Shown here: positions 1-24,703 of the stretch, in pieces | Layout of the letters: each line of letters begins with the position of its first letter | How positions within the stretch are numbered: the stretch's first letter is position 1 | Assembly: GCF_009914755.1 (NCBI RefSeq) | Contig: NC_060938.1 | Length of the DNA: 64,000 nucleotides | DNA from: the human T2T-CHM13v2.0 reference genome, Homo sapiens | Direction: 5' to 3' (one strand) | Notes under the pieces: generated by a model | The model's input: only the letters and a program-made list of their open reading frames with translations | The model's database searches: none | What the model was told of the DNA's origin: nothing | Program-made: the position numbers and the translations under genes

Positions 1-274
<274 letters not shown>

Positions 275-888
275 TAATTTTGATGCAACTGGTCGGTGGG
301 CTATCCTTTGAGAATAAACATCCACTCTGCCTAAGAGTAGAGCATAACAAATCAGCAGGAATAAAATCTAAACTTCAAATTTTTACCTAATCAAAATTTA
401 CTTTTCTTTGTACCATTCTAAAGAGGACTTGTAGATTAGATTTTTGGCAGGATGGGAGGAGAATCTTTGGGTTTCTGAAGAATTTTGTAGGAATTAAAAT
501 GTTTCTAACTAGTAATTAGGTATGAAATCATTTGTCCTTTTTAAGTGATTGGTCTTGCTAAATGAGATAGTAGGAAGTGACACCAGATCAGGAGTGACAA
601 GAAAGAAAAACCTCTGAAGAAAATCCAAGCACCGTTGCAAAAATTAAGCAAATCTCATCATCCAATGAACACTGCAGAGTATCCAGTATTGCTAGCTAAA
701 TGCCAGCTTAAAAGGCCAAAAATTTTTAAACATCTCTTCATTGTACATGACCCCTGTGGAATACTGTGACTCAATTAGACCTGCCCTCCCTCAAGATTTG
801 CAAGAAATGGAGAAGCTCTGGAGAGTTGTCACAATATGATAAAAGGAGTAGAAAATAGACTGTATGAAGAAGTTAAAAGTGGTTGTCC

Positions 889-1193
889 AGGCTGGGCACA
901 GTGGCTCACGCCTGTAATCCCAGCACTTTGGGAGGCTGAGGCAGGCAGATTACCTGAGGTCTGGAGTTCAAGACCAGCCTGGCCAAAATGGTGAAATCCC
1001 GTCTCTACTAAAAACACAAAAATTAGCCAGGCATGGTGGTACGTGCCTGCAGTCCCAGCTACTTGGGAGGCTGAGACAGAAAAATCACATGAGCCCGGGA
1101 GTCAGAGGTTGCTGTGAGCAGAGATCACACCACTGCACTCCAGCCTGGGCGACAGAGGGAGACTCCGTCTCAAAAAAAAAAAAAAAAAAAAAA
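889..1193 (+). mobile_element. AluS with poly(A) tail
   Basis: ggctgggcacagtggctcacgcc...poly(A); TSD aaaagtggtt. Confidence 0.95.
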
Positions 1194-2449
1194 GTGGTTT
1201 TCTACATTGCAAATAGAGGTCATTTTTTGCTTATAAAGGTTTATAAAGGGTTTTTATAATAAATAACATAAATCACAGCTTCTCATTTATAAAAGATATT
1301 AAATACTGAAAAAATTAATAATCATAATTTATAATATTTTCCCTTTAAAGATAACTTGAAAATGAGATAATAGAAACATAGACGCCAGACTCTTTGCTGT
1401 TGGAAGAGGCTGAGAAGTCAATTGGCAGTTGAACCTGCCAATCTTAGTAGAATCCTTTAGAAAACATTCTTGATGGGACAGCCCTCAGCTCTGCTTAAAC
1501 ACTTGAATATTGGAGACCTCATTATTTCACATCTGTCTTGCATATTTCAAGACACATCAAAACAAGAAAGATGTGCATGGTGATCATAAAGTCACATGGA
1601 ACCCATGATCCTGTACAAACTAGATAAAATGTGAGTAACGTGGAGGGGCTCTTCTAATTACTTGTTGGTCAAGTAGAAAATAAACTGTACTAGCTAAACT
1701 GCTTTCTCAAGTTTCCATTTTAGGTATTTCTACTGTTTGCCCACTGCCTAGTAGACTGCTGGAGTTCACTATAGGAAAAGTAAATATTGTCATTTCAAAT
1801 AAAGCACTGTTTATTATATAACAGAACAGAGGCTGCTTTCTATTTTTGAGACTCTGCTAAATTAATTGCGGACAGTAGCCAAAGCAGCTGCCCAGGAGAT
1901 GGTGTTTTCCAACAGCTGCGGTTCTTAAAGCTAAACTGGGATTCATGTTTGTCTATAATGTGGCATCACATTGTTCTTTTCATCAAATGTATTTGGCTGC
2001 TATTGGGATTTCATAAATGCGGGTACCATTTGTACTACTTTACTAGCCCATTTGACTCCTGCATTGAGGACAAATGATAAGCCAAGACAGATAAAGCCAA
2101 AGTTGGAGGCTTCCATGAATGAGAGTCAGCCCAAATTCTTCTAAATGAAAGAGAAACGATGGCCTTAATGCCCATTTCCATCTAAAACAGGGTTTCAAAA
2201 ACTTTGGTAGGTTGAGACTGGGCTCAGTACTTTTAATAATGTTTTAATAATGTTTCCACATCCATTTTGATCTGGTGCCCATACTTTGCTACCTACCGTT
2301 TGAGAAACACTGGTCTAAATCAGTGATAGGGAAAATAAATCTGGACTGAGTGGTGATTTAAGAGAAACAAAGTTTTAGTTAAAAAGGGAATGTTATTTCG
2401 GGAGTAACACTTTGCACTTCCGTAACACTTTCTGTCTTTCAAAGGGCTT

Positions 2450-2575
2450 CTTACACTTGATCCTCACTTGTGAGATGGATTAGGAAGGACAATATTATTA
2501 ACTTTATTTTACAAATAAAGAAACTGAGACAGAGTAGCTAAGTAACTGGATATGGGGGCTAGAAGCCTGAGCTTT
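2450..2575 (-). mobile_element. MIR fragment
   Basis: attttacaaataaagaaactgagacagag resembles the MIR core. Confidence 0.6.
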
Positions 2576-2825
2576 CCCATCTTTGTTTACACAATTCAGT
2601 CTCATTTTTAGTATATCAAAACATATAGATAAACCTCAAGCTCTTTAATGGCTATAACATATTTCATGGGTATTATTTTAATTATCTATTTTAGATAATT
2701 TAGATAATCATTGAAGACATGTTGATGAACATGTCTTTTTTCCCCAAGCTTTTTCTTGTATGACTAATGTTTTATTACTATCTTTTCACACATATCTTTG
2801 AGTACTTGTATGAATATTTTGTTAG

Positions 2826-3281
<456 letters not shown>

Positions 3282-3799
3282 TAGATGTATTAAAATTTTG
3301 ATGTATATTATTTGATTGGCCTTCAAAAATGTGTACCATTTTGTACTACCCTTGACAATATACAAAAAACTATCTTTCCCTAAATGCCTGTTTAATCTTC
3401 GCGAATAATTGGGAAAATGCGGCAAATTTAAAATTTTTCATTTTTATTATTAATGCAGTTAGCATCTTTCAAAATTATGTCTAAGTAAATATAAAGAGAT
3501 AAGAAAGTGTACAAATCTAAAGTATACAGGTCAATGGCTTTTTAACATATGTATCATCTGAGTAACCATCATCCAGATACATAACACATTTCTACTATTA
3601 ATACCTCAGAAAGTTCTCTCTTGCCACTTTACCCACCTACCCAGAGACGATCAGGCAAAGTGAATTATTATTAGAAGTCAGAAGACTTCTAATATTAGAT
3701 GCTGACTTGTAATATTAATTCATTTTGCCTGTTCTTGAATATAATATCAATGAAAGCAAATAGTTTTATGACGTCTATGCTCAACATAATACCTGTGAA

Positions 3800-4146
<347 letters not shown>

Positions 4147-4377
4147 TCATGCTGTTGTGCATATTAGCCATTCATTCTTTTTTATTAATATGTTATATTC
4201 CATCATATGACTACAAATTAGATTAGTTATCCACTCTGCTGCTAATGGGCATTGGAGTTGATTCCAGTTTTTTACTGGAATAAATAAAGCTGCTGTCAAC
4301 ATACTTGTATATGTCTTCCATTGGGCATAAATTCTCATATCTCTTGGTTATATACCTGAAGTGGAATTGCTAAGTCA

Positions 4378-5356
4378 AAGAAGACATACAAATGACCAAC
4401 AGATGTATGAAAAAATGCTCAGCATCACTAATCACCAGGAAAATGCAAATTAAAGCCACAGTGAGATATTGCCTCATATCTGTTAGAATGGCTGTTATCA
4501 GAAAGATGAAAGATAAGTTTTGGCAAGGACACAGAAAATAGAACCCTTGTACACTGTTGGTGGGCATGTGAATTAGTACAGACATTAGGGAAAACAGTAT
4601 GGAGGCTCCTCAGAAAATTAAAAATATAACTATCATATGATATAGCAATCCCACTTCAGGGTATATACCCAGGGGAAATGAAATTAGTATGTCAAAGAGA
4701 CATCTTCACCCCTAGGTTTATTGCAGCATTCTATTTACATATACGTAAGACGCTAACTGCATTAACAATAAATCACCAAGATAAGTCAGCCTAAGTGTTC
4801 ATTGATGAATGAATGGATAAAGAAAATGTGTATACTATACAGCCTTAAAAAAGAAGGAAATCTTGTCATTTGCAACAACATGGATGAACCCGGAGCACAT
4901 TATGCTAAGTGAAATAAAGCAGGCACAGAAGACAAATACTGCACAATCTCACTAAAATCTGTGAAATCTGAAAAAGTCAAACTCATAGAAACAGAGTAGA
5001 ATGGTGGTTGCTAGAGGCTGGGAGGGCGAGGGGGGATGTTGGTTGAAGGGTACAAAGTTTCCGTAAAGAGGATGAGTAAGTTCTGGAGATCTATTGCACA
5101 ACATGGTGAATATGGTTGATAATAATATATACACAAAAATTGCTAAAAGAGTGGATCTCAAAACGTTCTCACCACACACAAAAAAGATAACTATGTGAGG
5201 TGATGGATATGTTAATTAGCTTGATCATAGTATGATTAAAGTATAAATTATTATAGTCATTTCACAATGTATACATATATTAAAATATCATGTTGTACAC
5301 TGTAAATATATACAATTATTATTTGTCAATTATACCTCAAAAAAGCTGGCCAAAAA
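4378..5356 (+). mobile_element. L1MA 3' fragment inserted into an older L1
   Basis: ORF2 C-terminus and 3'UTR text (gaagacatacaaatgaccaacag...gtcaattatacctcaa); TSD aattgct(a/g)agtca on both sides. Confidence 0.85.
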
Positions 5357-6010
5357 ATTGCTGAGTCATAGAGTATGTGTGTGTAGCTTTAACAGACACT
5401 GTCAGAGAGTTTTCCAAAGTTACACTCCCAACAGCAGTTGTATGAGAGTTCCAGTTGCTCCACATTCTTCCCAATATTCAGTATTTTCAGTCTTTTAAGT
5501 TTTTAGACTCTCGTAAATGTGTAATGGTGTCTTGTAGTTTAAATTTGCACTTGCCTGAAGAATAATGATGTTGTCTATCTTTTCATACACATAATGGCCA
5601 TTTGGATATTCTCTTTTGTGTGGTACTTATTCAAGCCTTTTGCCCATTCCTTATAAAAATATTTTTGTCTTATTTGATTTGTATAAGTTCTTTATAGATT
5701 CTGGAAAGAACCCCTTTGTTAGACAGATGGATAGATAATGATAATATTATCCTTGCCTGTGACTTGCCTGTTCACTCTTTTATGGATATTTTTTAGTAAA
5801 CAAAAAACTTTTTATTTCCATGAAGTCCAATTATGTTTTTATTCTTGTATGGTTATTGTCTTTTTATCCTGTTTAAGAAATCTTCGCCTACCCTAAAATC
5901 ATGAAGATTCTCTCCTATTTTTTTCTAGAAGTTTGATTTTTTTAATTTGATATTTATATTTTTGAGCAATCTTGAATAATTTTTGTATATGGTATAAGGT
6001 GGAGGTCAAA

Positions 6011-6361
6011 TCTATTAGTTCATTTTCATGCTGCTGATAAAGACATACCTGAAACTGGGAACAAAAGGAGGTATAATTGGACTTACAGTTCCACATGGCT
6101 GAGGAGGCCTCAGAATCATGGTAGGAGACGAAAGTCACTTCTTAAATGGTAGCAGTAAGAGAAAAATGAGGAAGAAGCAAAAGTGGAAACCCTTGATAAA
6201 CCCATCAGATCTCCTGAGACTTACTATCACAAGAATAGTATGGGAAACACCAGCCCCCATGATTCAATTACCTCCCCCTGGGTCCCTCCCACAACATGTA
6301 GGAATTCTGGGAGATACAATTCAACTTGAGATTTGGGTGGGGACACAGCCAAACCATATCA
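6011..6361 (-). mobile_element. THE1 (MaLR) solo LTR
   Basis: tattagttcattttcatgctgctgataaagacatacc...gggacacagccaaaccatatca. Confidence 0.9.
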
Positions 6362-6440
6362 CCAACTTTGTGTTATTTTTCTCCATCTGGATATCCAAGA
6401 GTTCTAGCCTCATATGCTGAAAAAAACCTGTACTTTCTGT

Positions 6441-6748
6441 TTTCTTTTCCTTTTTTTTTTTTTTTTTTTTGAGATGAAGTCTTGCTCTGTCTCCAGGCTG
6501 CAGTGCAGTGGCGTGATTTCAGTTACTGCAGCCTCCACGTCCCAGGTTCAAGTGATTCCTCTGCCTCAGCCTCCCGAGTAGCTGGGACTATGGGCGTGCG
6601 CCACCACACCTGGGTAATTTTTTGTATTTTAGTAGAGACAGGGTTTCACCATCTTGGCCAGGATGGTCTCAATCTCCTGACCTCCTGATCCACCCACCTT
6701 GGCCTCCCAAAGTGCTGGGATTACAGGCGTGAGCCACCGCACCATGCC
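6441..6748 (-). mobile_element. AluSc-like
   Basis: TSD aaaacctgtactttct. Confidence 0.93.
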
Positions 6749-7780
6749 AAAACCTGTACTTTCTACCACAGAATTGCAGTGGCCCCTCAGAGGAAAAGCA
6801 TTCAATGGTTCGCCATTACATATGTCAGCCATAGTTTCTGGGCTTTCTGCAGATAGCTGTTGTCAGATTAAAAAAATTCCCTTCTATTCTTAATTTGCTG
6901 AGCTTTTTTTTCCTGAGTGGGTGTTATATTTTATCAAATGCTTTTTCTGTATTGATTAAGATAATTATATGGTTTTCTTTGATAAACCATAGTTGGTAAT
7001 GATGTGCTATCTTTTTTATTTCTCTGTATTCAACTTGCTAATGTTGTATTTATAATTTTTACAATAAAATGTATTATGATTTTCTGATATATAACGTATT
7101 ATTTATATTTTTCTAAAGCATATTAATAATCCTTTCCATATGCAGAAAAGATTTTTGTTTTGGCATCAAATTTATGTTAGCCATAATAAAATATGTTAGC
7201 CACAAAAACAGTGTTCTCTTTTTCTCTAATCTCTGAAAGGGTTTGAGAAAGATTGTCATTATTCCTTCTTAAATATTTGGAAGAAGTCACCTTTGAAGAC
7301 ATCTGGGCCTGGATTATCTTTGTGAAATTAAAAAAACATAAATTTCCTTCTAAGCACTGTTTAAGCTATATTCCACAAATTTTGATGTTTTATTTTCATT
7401 ATTCTTCGATTCAAAGTATTTTCTAGTTTTGTTTGTGATTTATTCTTTGGCCCGCAGGTCATTTGGAAGTATGTTCCTTAATTTTTATACATTTTGGAAT
7501 TTTCTACTTATCCATCTGTATTGGTTTCTGGTGGTCAGTGAATATACTGTATATTATTTCAGTACTTTGAAATTTTTTAAGACTTGCTTTATGCCCCAGC
7601 ATGTGGTCTATCTTTGGTATGTGCTTGAAAAGAATGCGTATTCTGCAGTTGCTGGGTATAGTGTTCTATAAATATCAATTAGGTCAAGTTGCTTAATAGT
7701 GTTGTTTAAATATATCTGTATTGACTTTTTGGTCTTCTTGTTTTTAACAGTTACTAAGAGATGTCTGTTAAAACCAATTA

Positions 7781-8423
<643 letters not shown>

Positions 8424-8586
8424 TCATATATTTTAAAGTTATGTTATTATGTCCAGACAAATTTAGAATTGTTGGGTCTTCCTATTGAAGCAAACCTTTT
8501 TAGTATTATGAAATGTTCTTTCTTATCTCTAGTAATACTTCTTGCCTGAAAGTATACTTTGTCTCATAAATATGGTCATATCAGTT

Positions 8587-9762
<1,176 letters not shown>

Positions 9763-9975
9763 TAATCCATTAACTTTTTATTTCATTTTATTTTGTCTCC
9801 ACTTAATTTTTATTTTTTTTTAGTAATTACAAAATGACATAGTCAAACTATTAAGTCCTCCTTTTCAGAAATATGGTATATTTCATTCTTTATTCAGGTC
9901 ACGTTAAGCCTGCAGTGAGTTAAGCGGTGCCCCCTTGAAATTCCTGTCTACATGGAACCTCAGGATACAATCTTA

Positions 9976-10425
<450 letters not shown>

Positions 10426-10705
10426 GTGCCATGGCTGGCTCATGCCTGTAATCCTAACACTTTGGGAGGCTGAGATAGGAGGATTGCTTGAGTCCATGAG
10501 GTGGAGGCCAGCTTGGGCAACATTGTAAGGGGCCATCTCTACAAAAAATTTTAAACCTAGCTGGGTGTGGTGGCACACACCTGTACTCCCAGATACTCTG
10601 AGATAGGAAGATCGCTTCAGCCTGGGAGGTTGAGACTGCAGTGAGCTATGATTATGCCACTGTACTCCAGCCTGGGTGACATAGCAAGACCCTTTCTCAA
10701 AAAAT

Positions 10706-10777
10706 TATATATATATGTGTATATATATAGATATATATATACACATATATGCTCAAATAGTGCCCAATTTCCAAGTT

Positions 10778-10812
<35 letters not shown>
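10706..10812. repeat. (TA)n tract containing a 30-bp foreign insert
   Basis: Directly visible. Confidence 0.9.
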
Positions 10813-10815
<3 letters not shown>

Positions 10816-11265
10816 GATTGAGATGAGATCTTACAGGACTATTGTGGTCCCTAAATTCATTGAGAGTATCCTCATAAGAGACAGAAAAGGACACACAGAG
10901 GTGCAGAGAAAGCAATGTGAAAATAGAGGTAGAGATTGAAGCAATGTGTCTTTAAGCCAAGAGACACCAGGAATTGCCAAAACCACTAGAAGTTAGAATA
11001 GCAGCATGAACAGTACCTCCCTCATGGCCTCTAAAACCAACTTTGCTGACACTTTCTTTTAAGACTTCTATGTCCTGAACTATGAGAGAATAAATTTCTA
11101 TTGGTTTAAGCCACCCAATTTATGGTGATTTGTTATGGCAGCCCTAGGAAACCAATCCAAACCCTTCAGGAAAGTTTTAGAGTTTATTAATATAAATCTT
11201 GTAAAAGTCTTGTTAAATTTATTCCTAGAGATTTTATTAGATAGTTTTATTGCTACCATGAATAA

Positions 11266-14004
<2,739 letters not shown>

Positions 14005-15132
14005 AAAATATATATATATATATGTTTTTAGTTGTTCTGCCTCTCTTGACATTTTTTCGCCCAAATGTAGAAAGCTGGGAGGAAAGGGAGGCTCTGCAAC
14101 CCACCAGCATCATAGCAAAGATGCAGTAGCCTCGGTTCCATACCACCCTCTAGTTTCTGATCAACTGAAAATCTTTTCCTTAAAATGAGCATAGTGTAAT
14201 CATGGGAGGAGAAGAATGTGGCTGTGGAAAGGACATTTGGAATTCTGCAAAATGTTTAAGGCCTATTCATTCCATGTGTATCTCTCCCTTCATTTGTAGA
14301 GTTCCTATCCACTTCAAAGGCTTCTCTGAGTGCTGACAAGGAAGAAAGTTCTGCTAAATTGGAACCTTTTAAATAGATCAAGATTTTCAACATATCCCAA
14401 ACATGGTTAGATTAGATGCAGATAAATCTCAACCACATCACAATGTTGATGGGATCATTCATTTCCTTTCTTTTTAGCAGCAGAATAACTGTCATTCCCA
14501 AACACACATCAGGCATTTAACCCTAACAAATGTTGTAGTAATCAAAATAGAGGGTGAACAGCTTATCCAGTTTCCCATCTGTGCTTCAGCTGGGATGTTT
14601 AATTTTCATTTCCTCCTTTCACTTGACATCCTAACCTAGTCAGGGAGGTCTGATAGCCCTTTCCAGGGGATGTTGTTATTTCCTTATTCTTACATAAGAG
14701 CCGGAATTCCATTTGGAAAGAGCAATTATATTGAGCTTGATCAATAACCTCAAAGAACAAAGAGAAAAAAATTACCTGTTATCAGACTTTAATATGTACT
14801 TGATGTCCATGATTTGTGTTATTGTGTTAATTGTAGGGTCACTAGCAATTAGATTTAGCTATTGTTAACATCTAAAATTGATTTAAATGCTAAAAGAATC
14901 AATACTTGAGCTAAATGTTTAAATATCAGGACACTAAGAAGCTACTGAGTCTTCTTAATTGAATTATTCTCTGCTTTCTGCATTTTAGAAGACTGGGCCT
15001 ATTTCAGAGAGATGAAAGTAATAGATGTCTATATTGTAAATGACAATGTAAATACTTGCTATGGTTATAGAAATGAAGGCGGTTGCACAGGTGGGAGTCA
15101 TGGTAAGTATAGCTTGTGAAACTAAAATACTT

Positions 15133-15620
15133 GGTTGGGTGTGGTGGCTCACACCTCTAATTCCAACACTTTGGGAGGCTGAGGCAGGCAGCTCTCTTGA
15201 GCTCAGAAGTTTGAGACCAGCCTGGGCAACATGATGAGACCCCCATCTCTACAAAAAATTAGCCAGAAATGGTGGGGAGGGCTGTGATTGTGCCACTGCA
15301 CTCCAGCCTAGATGACGGAGTGAGACCCTGTCTAGAAACAAAATATCTTGGCAGTCAAATTTCACAAACGATTATAGTAACTACAATGGCTTATGTTTTT
15401 GAGCACTTACTGGATGTTTAACACTCTTATTTTATTTTTCTCATTTAATCTGCACAACAACCGTATGAAGTAGGTACTAAATGAGTCAGTGTAATCAATA
15501 CAATATCCATGTTTGACTACACTGACTTGCCTCCCACCAAGTCACAGATGGGAAGTAGGGGTATTGGGTTGAAGCCCAGGTCTTCTGACTACAGATCTAG
15601 AACCTATAACCACTGTGCTA
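15133..15620. mobile_element. Internally deleted AluJ (+, 15133-15340) followed by MIR (-, ~15370-15620)
   Basis: Alu arms with a deletion; MIR text tctcatttaatctgcacaacaaccgtatgaagtagg. Confidence 0.75.
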
Positions 15621-16767
15621 CGTTTTAGCAGTTGCGATTTTAAATATTCTAAACAGAGTCTTGACAGAGCTTAAAGTGTGGGAAGTCAAAAAGACTGATA
15701 CATTCAGACACGCTTTGGAGTTTACAAATGACTTACCCTTATTGTTCATCAGTTTTACTCTCTTGTTAATTCCGATACCACCAAAACCCTAAATATTGTT
15801 TATTGGAGTCTACAGTTATAAAGGAAACTTACAAAGTTTTTAAAAACAAATTCGACTCTTTACATTCTCCCTATTTTCTAATTGAGAATATTAGAGTATA
15901 TACAATCACAGACCACAGAAACATTCATGAATCTGAGTTGAGAGAAAGCTAACCTAGGTCAGTGTGCGTGTGTGTGTGTCCATGTGTGCACACAAATAAG
16001 GGTATGCCGGGCTGGCTGTCAGTGGAGAGGTTTCTTGGTTATATTAAACTTCTGCCAAATAAATTGCTTTTAAACACTGTCTCTGTTTTAAAAACAGCAA
16101 GACTCCTTGGAGCAGATTATCCTTGTTCTTTTTTGTTCTGAAGAACCACTTGAGAAGCAGATCTTAGTTATGCAAATTATATCAAGTAGGACCCTGGGCC
16201 CTGGGGAAAGTGTATAACAGGTTCTTTTGTGGCTTGACAAAGGCTGCTCTTACCAGTAGCCTTTGGTTTGCAAGCCTGGACCCTGGAGAAGGGAGGGGAG
16301 TAAACTGAGTAAATTTGCGGAAATGCCTGAAGAAAGTTTTCTTTTCTGTGGTTCAATATTATAGCTGAACCACAATATTATCTCTGAAGGACTGAGATAA
16401 TTTGACCAAGGCCAAATGATAGGAAAGGATGCCAACAGACTGCAAATGGAAATTACCCCAAGCCAAGGAAATTCTGACCTGGTAGCCTGGTTCAGCAGCA
16501 GCACAAAGAGAGTGTGAGTGGTCTTGGTATAGCATGTTGGTGAGGCTAGACGTCCCTCCTCTGACATTGTTGCCTGAGCATAGTGGACATGCTTTAGACT
16601 CAAATGATTGAGCACGTGAGGGTAAAGCTTGTACCCCAAGCCTGCAGTGTTCTGGGCCCATCCTTTCTTGGTTCAGCAATTTTAAAACAACGCAAGTTAT
16701 TTGAACCCCAAGCTATTGAAGTGTAAATAGCAACAATATTTTAACACACACTCCAACTTCCCCAGTT

Positions 16768-17205
<438 letters not shown>

Positions 17206-17450
17206 ACTATTGAGAGTACACCAAGAGTTTTATCGTAGGGACTTAAGAATCTCAGGAGAAATAGGTAAAATGGTCAACAGCTTTTATGTCAGCCTGAGGT
17301 GATACAAAGACCTGTAATCAGTAGACTGGGTCTGATTCTTAGCTACCATTTAAAAACAAGAGCTTAACTTTCCTTCACTCATTGAACAAATATTTCTTTC
17401 TTACTTTATTTGGTAGAATAAAGAGAAACAATCTTACTAAAAATACTTAA

Positions 17451-17745
17451 GGCTGAGAACGGTGGCTCACACGTGTAATTCCAGCACTTTGGGAGGCTGA
17501 GGAGGGCAGATAGCTTGAGTTTGAGGCCAACCTGGACAACATCATGAAATCCCATGGCTACGAAAAATACAAAAATTAGCAGGGCATGGTGGCACATGCC
17601 TGTAGTCCCAGCTACTTGAAAGGCTGAGGTGGGAGGATCACCTGAGCCCAGGGAGGTCAAGGCTGTAGGGAGCCATGATCTTGCCACTTGCACTCCAGCC
17701 TGGGCGACAGAGTGAGATTCTGTCTCAAGAAAACAAACAAACAAA
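17451..17745 (+). mobile_element. AluJ
   Basis: Alu consensus with (CAAA)n tail. Confidence 0.9.
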
Positions 17746-17804
17746 CATTTAAAGTTATATTTGAATTAGGTATTGTTTTCAGAATATTTCAATAATCTGT
17801 AGTC

Positions 17805-21108
<3,304 letters not shown>

Positions 21109-21144
21109 CGATATGTATATATGGGTATGTGTGTATATATACGT

Positions 21145-21325
21145 TCTATTTAATCCTCATAACAACCCTATGAGGTAGGTACACTTAAGTTATACTTATT
21201 TTACAGACAAGGAGACTAAGACAGCAAGGTTAAGTAACTTGCTCAAGGTTACATAGCTGTCAGCAGTCAAGCCACAATTCAGAAAACAGGAGTCTAGCTC
21301 TAGAGCCCAATTTTTTAGCACTGCA
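21145..21325 (-). mobile_element. MIR
   Basis: atttaatcctcataacaaccctatgaggtagg...ggttaagtaacttgctcaagg. Confidence 0.85.
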
Positions 21326-21427
21326 CTTTACCGCCTCAAGTGATTTACATTACCTTAGATAATGTATTGGATTAAAATGGCTGGCTCCCAATTCCTCATG
21401 CACAAAATGAGAGGCTAAGAATGGATG

Positions 21428-23182
<1,755 letters not shown>

Positions 23183-24079
23183 AAGAATGGATGAATCTCA
23201 TCTTCAGCTTTTCATAATTCTATGTAATTTTATCCTATATCTAGTATAATAGTGATTACTTCTGTTGTACTTAGAAATAAATATGTACTTAGAAATAAAT
23301 ATTAGAAATATTTATTGTTGTACTTAGAAATAAATATTCCATTATGAGTTGGTCCTTAGTCTCATAATTTTACAGAAAGTAACAAATTGTCTTAAGAAAG
23401 TAGAGCACATTGTATAATCTTTTTCCACAAAACATTGAAATAATGAGTCATTAACAAAGGTGTCTAGTGATGTATACAGAAAGTTACTAAAATACACAAT
23501 AGAATTAGCAAATCAAACAGTGAAAGGCAAACTCAGACATGACTCCTTGCCCATCAGGACAGGCCAAAGCAAACAAGGGTATTTTGCATTGTGCTGTGAA
23601 GGTCAATAAACACAGACTTGGCTAGTTCAGGAGAGGCAGAAAAATGTAGAAACCAGGGCCTTTGGAATTAAGCCTCACCCCAAAATTCAAACCATAGGGT
23701 AGAACTCAGATGCAAACAATGTTTCTGTTGACTGGAAGATGACTTGGGAAAAAAACCACAACTAATCAGGTTCTGGGTGTCAGAAAACGATTTTACCAGG
23801 CCATTTAGGGGTGAGCAAGTTTGATTCCAAGTTCTAATCAAAAGGTGAATATCATTGTCTTCCCAACTGACTAGAAAGTCTGTAAGAAAGTGTTTCAGGG
23901 ACACTACTGAGCCCCAGGGCAAGAAGGAGAAAGAAGGAAGTGGTGTTCTTTTTTTTACTTTAAAATTTTCTTCCTGATTATCTGCATAAAACATATTCAT
24001 TGAAAAGTGCAATACACATCGTTATTCTGAGGGCCTAATAGCTCTCCTCTTTTCTAGATACATGGCACTCTTCATTCCC

Positions 24080-24632
24080 TTGCACTAGCCATCTGGTCAG
24101 TGAATATTGCTGTCTCCTTTCACAAATCTGTCTTCCTGGCCACAGTGATTGTTCTAAGAGTAGACACATGATCCAAGTTGGCCCCTAATACTCTCTCATT
24201 ACCACCACCTGAGCCACTGTGATTGGGTAATGGTTGGACACGAGATCTAACATGGGCCAGTGAGAACTTTTCATTGTGATTGTTCTAGATGCACCTCCCC
24301 AACCCCACTCAAACAATGGAGAGACAGTCTTTTATTTTCCTTGGCAAAACTAGAAAATGTGAATCCAGGAGCTACTGGCAACAGGGTTCTAAGGCTTGTG
24401 GAGAAGGCAGAGCTACCCTAGGAGACATTGACCCCAAGGTACAGAGAGGAGCAGAAACTGGATTCTAAAGAACTGGAGAGACCCTGGTTGCAGTCAGTTT
24501 TAGCAAATGGTTTCATGAGCCAATAAATATTAGTGCCCTGACTGACTCTGTGAACCAATAAATATCCTTCTTACTAAGCTAGTTTGATTTAGGTTTCAGA
24601 CGCTTACACCCAGAAGAGCCCTAACTGATATC
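24080..24632 (+). mobile_element. Old MLT1 (K/L-like) LTR
   Basis: ggccacagtgattg...agccaataaat...taagctagtttga...ccctaactgata. Confidence 0.65.
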
Positions 24633-24703
24633 ATCAAACAGAAAAGTATTAAGAAACAGAATACTCATCCATAGTGGTATTCTCTAGTGGCAACAGCTGA
24701 TAA

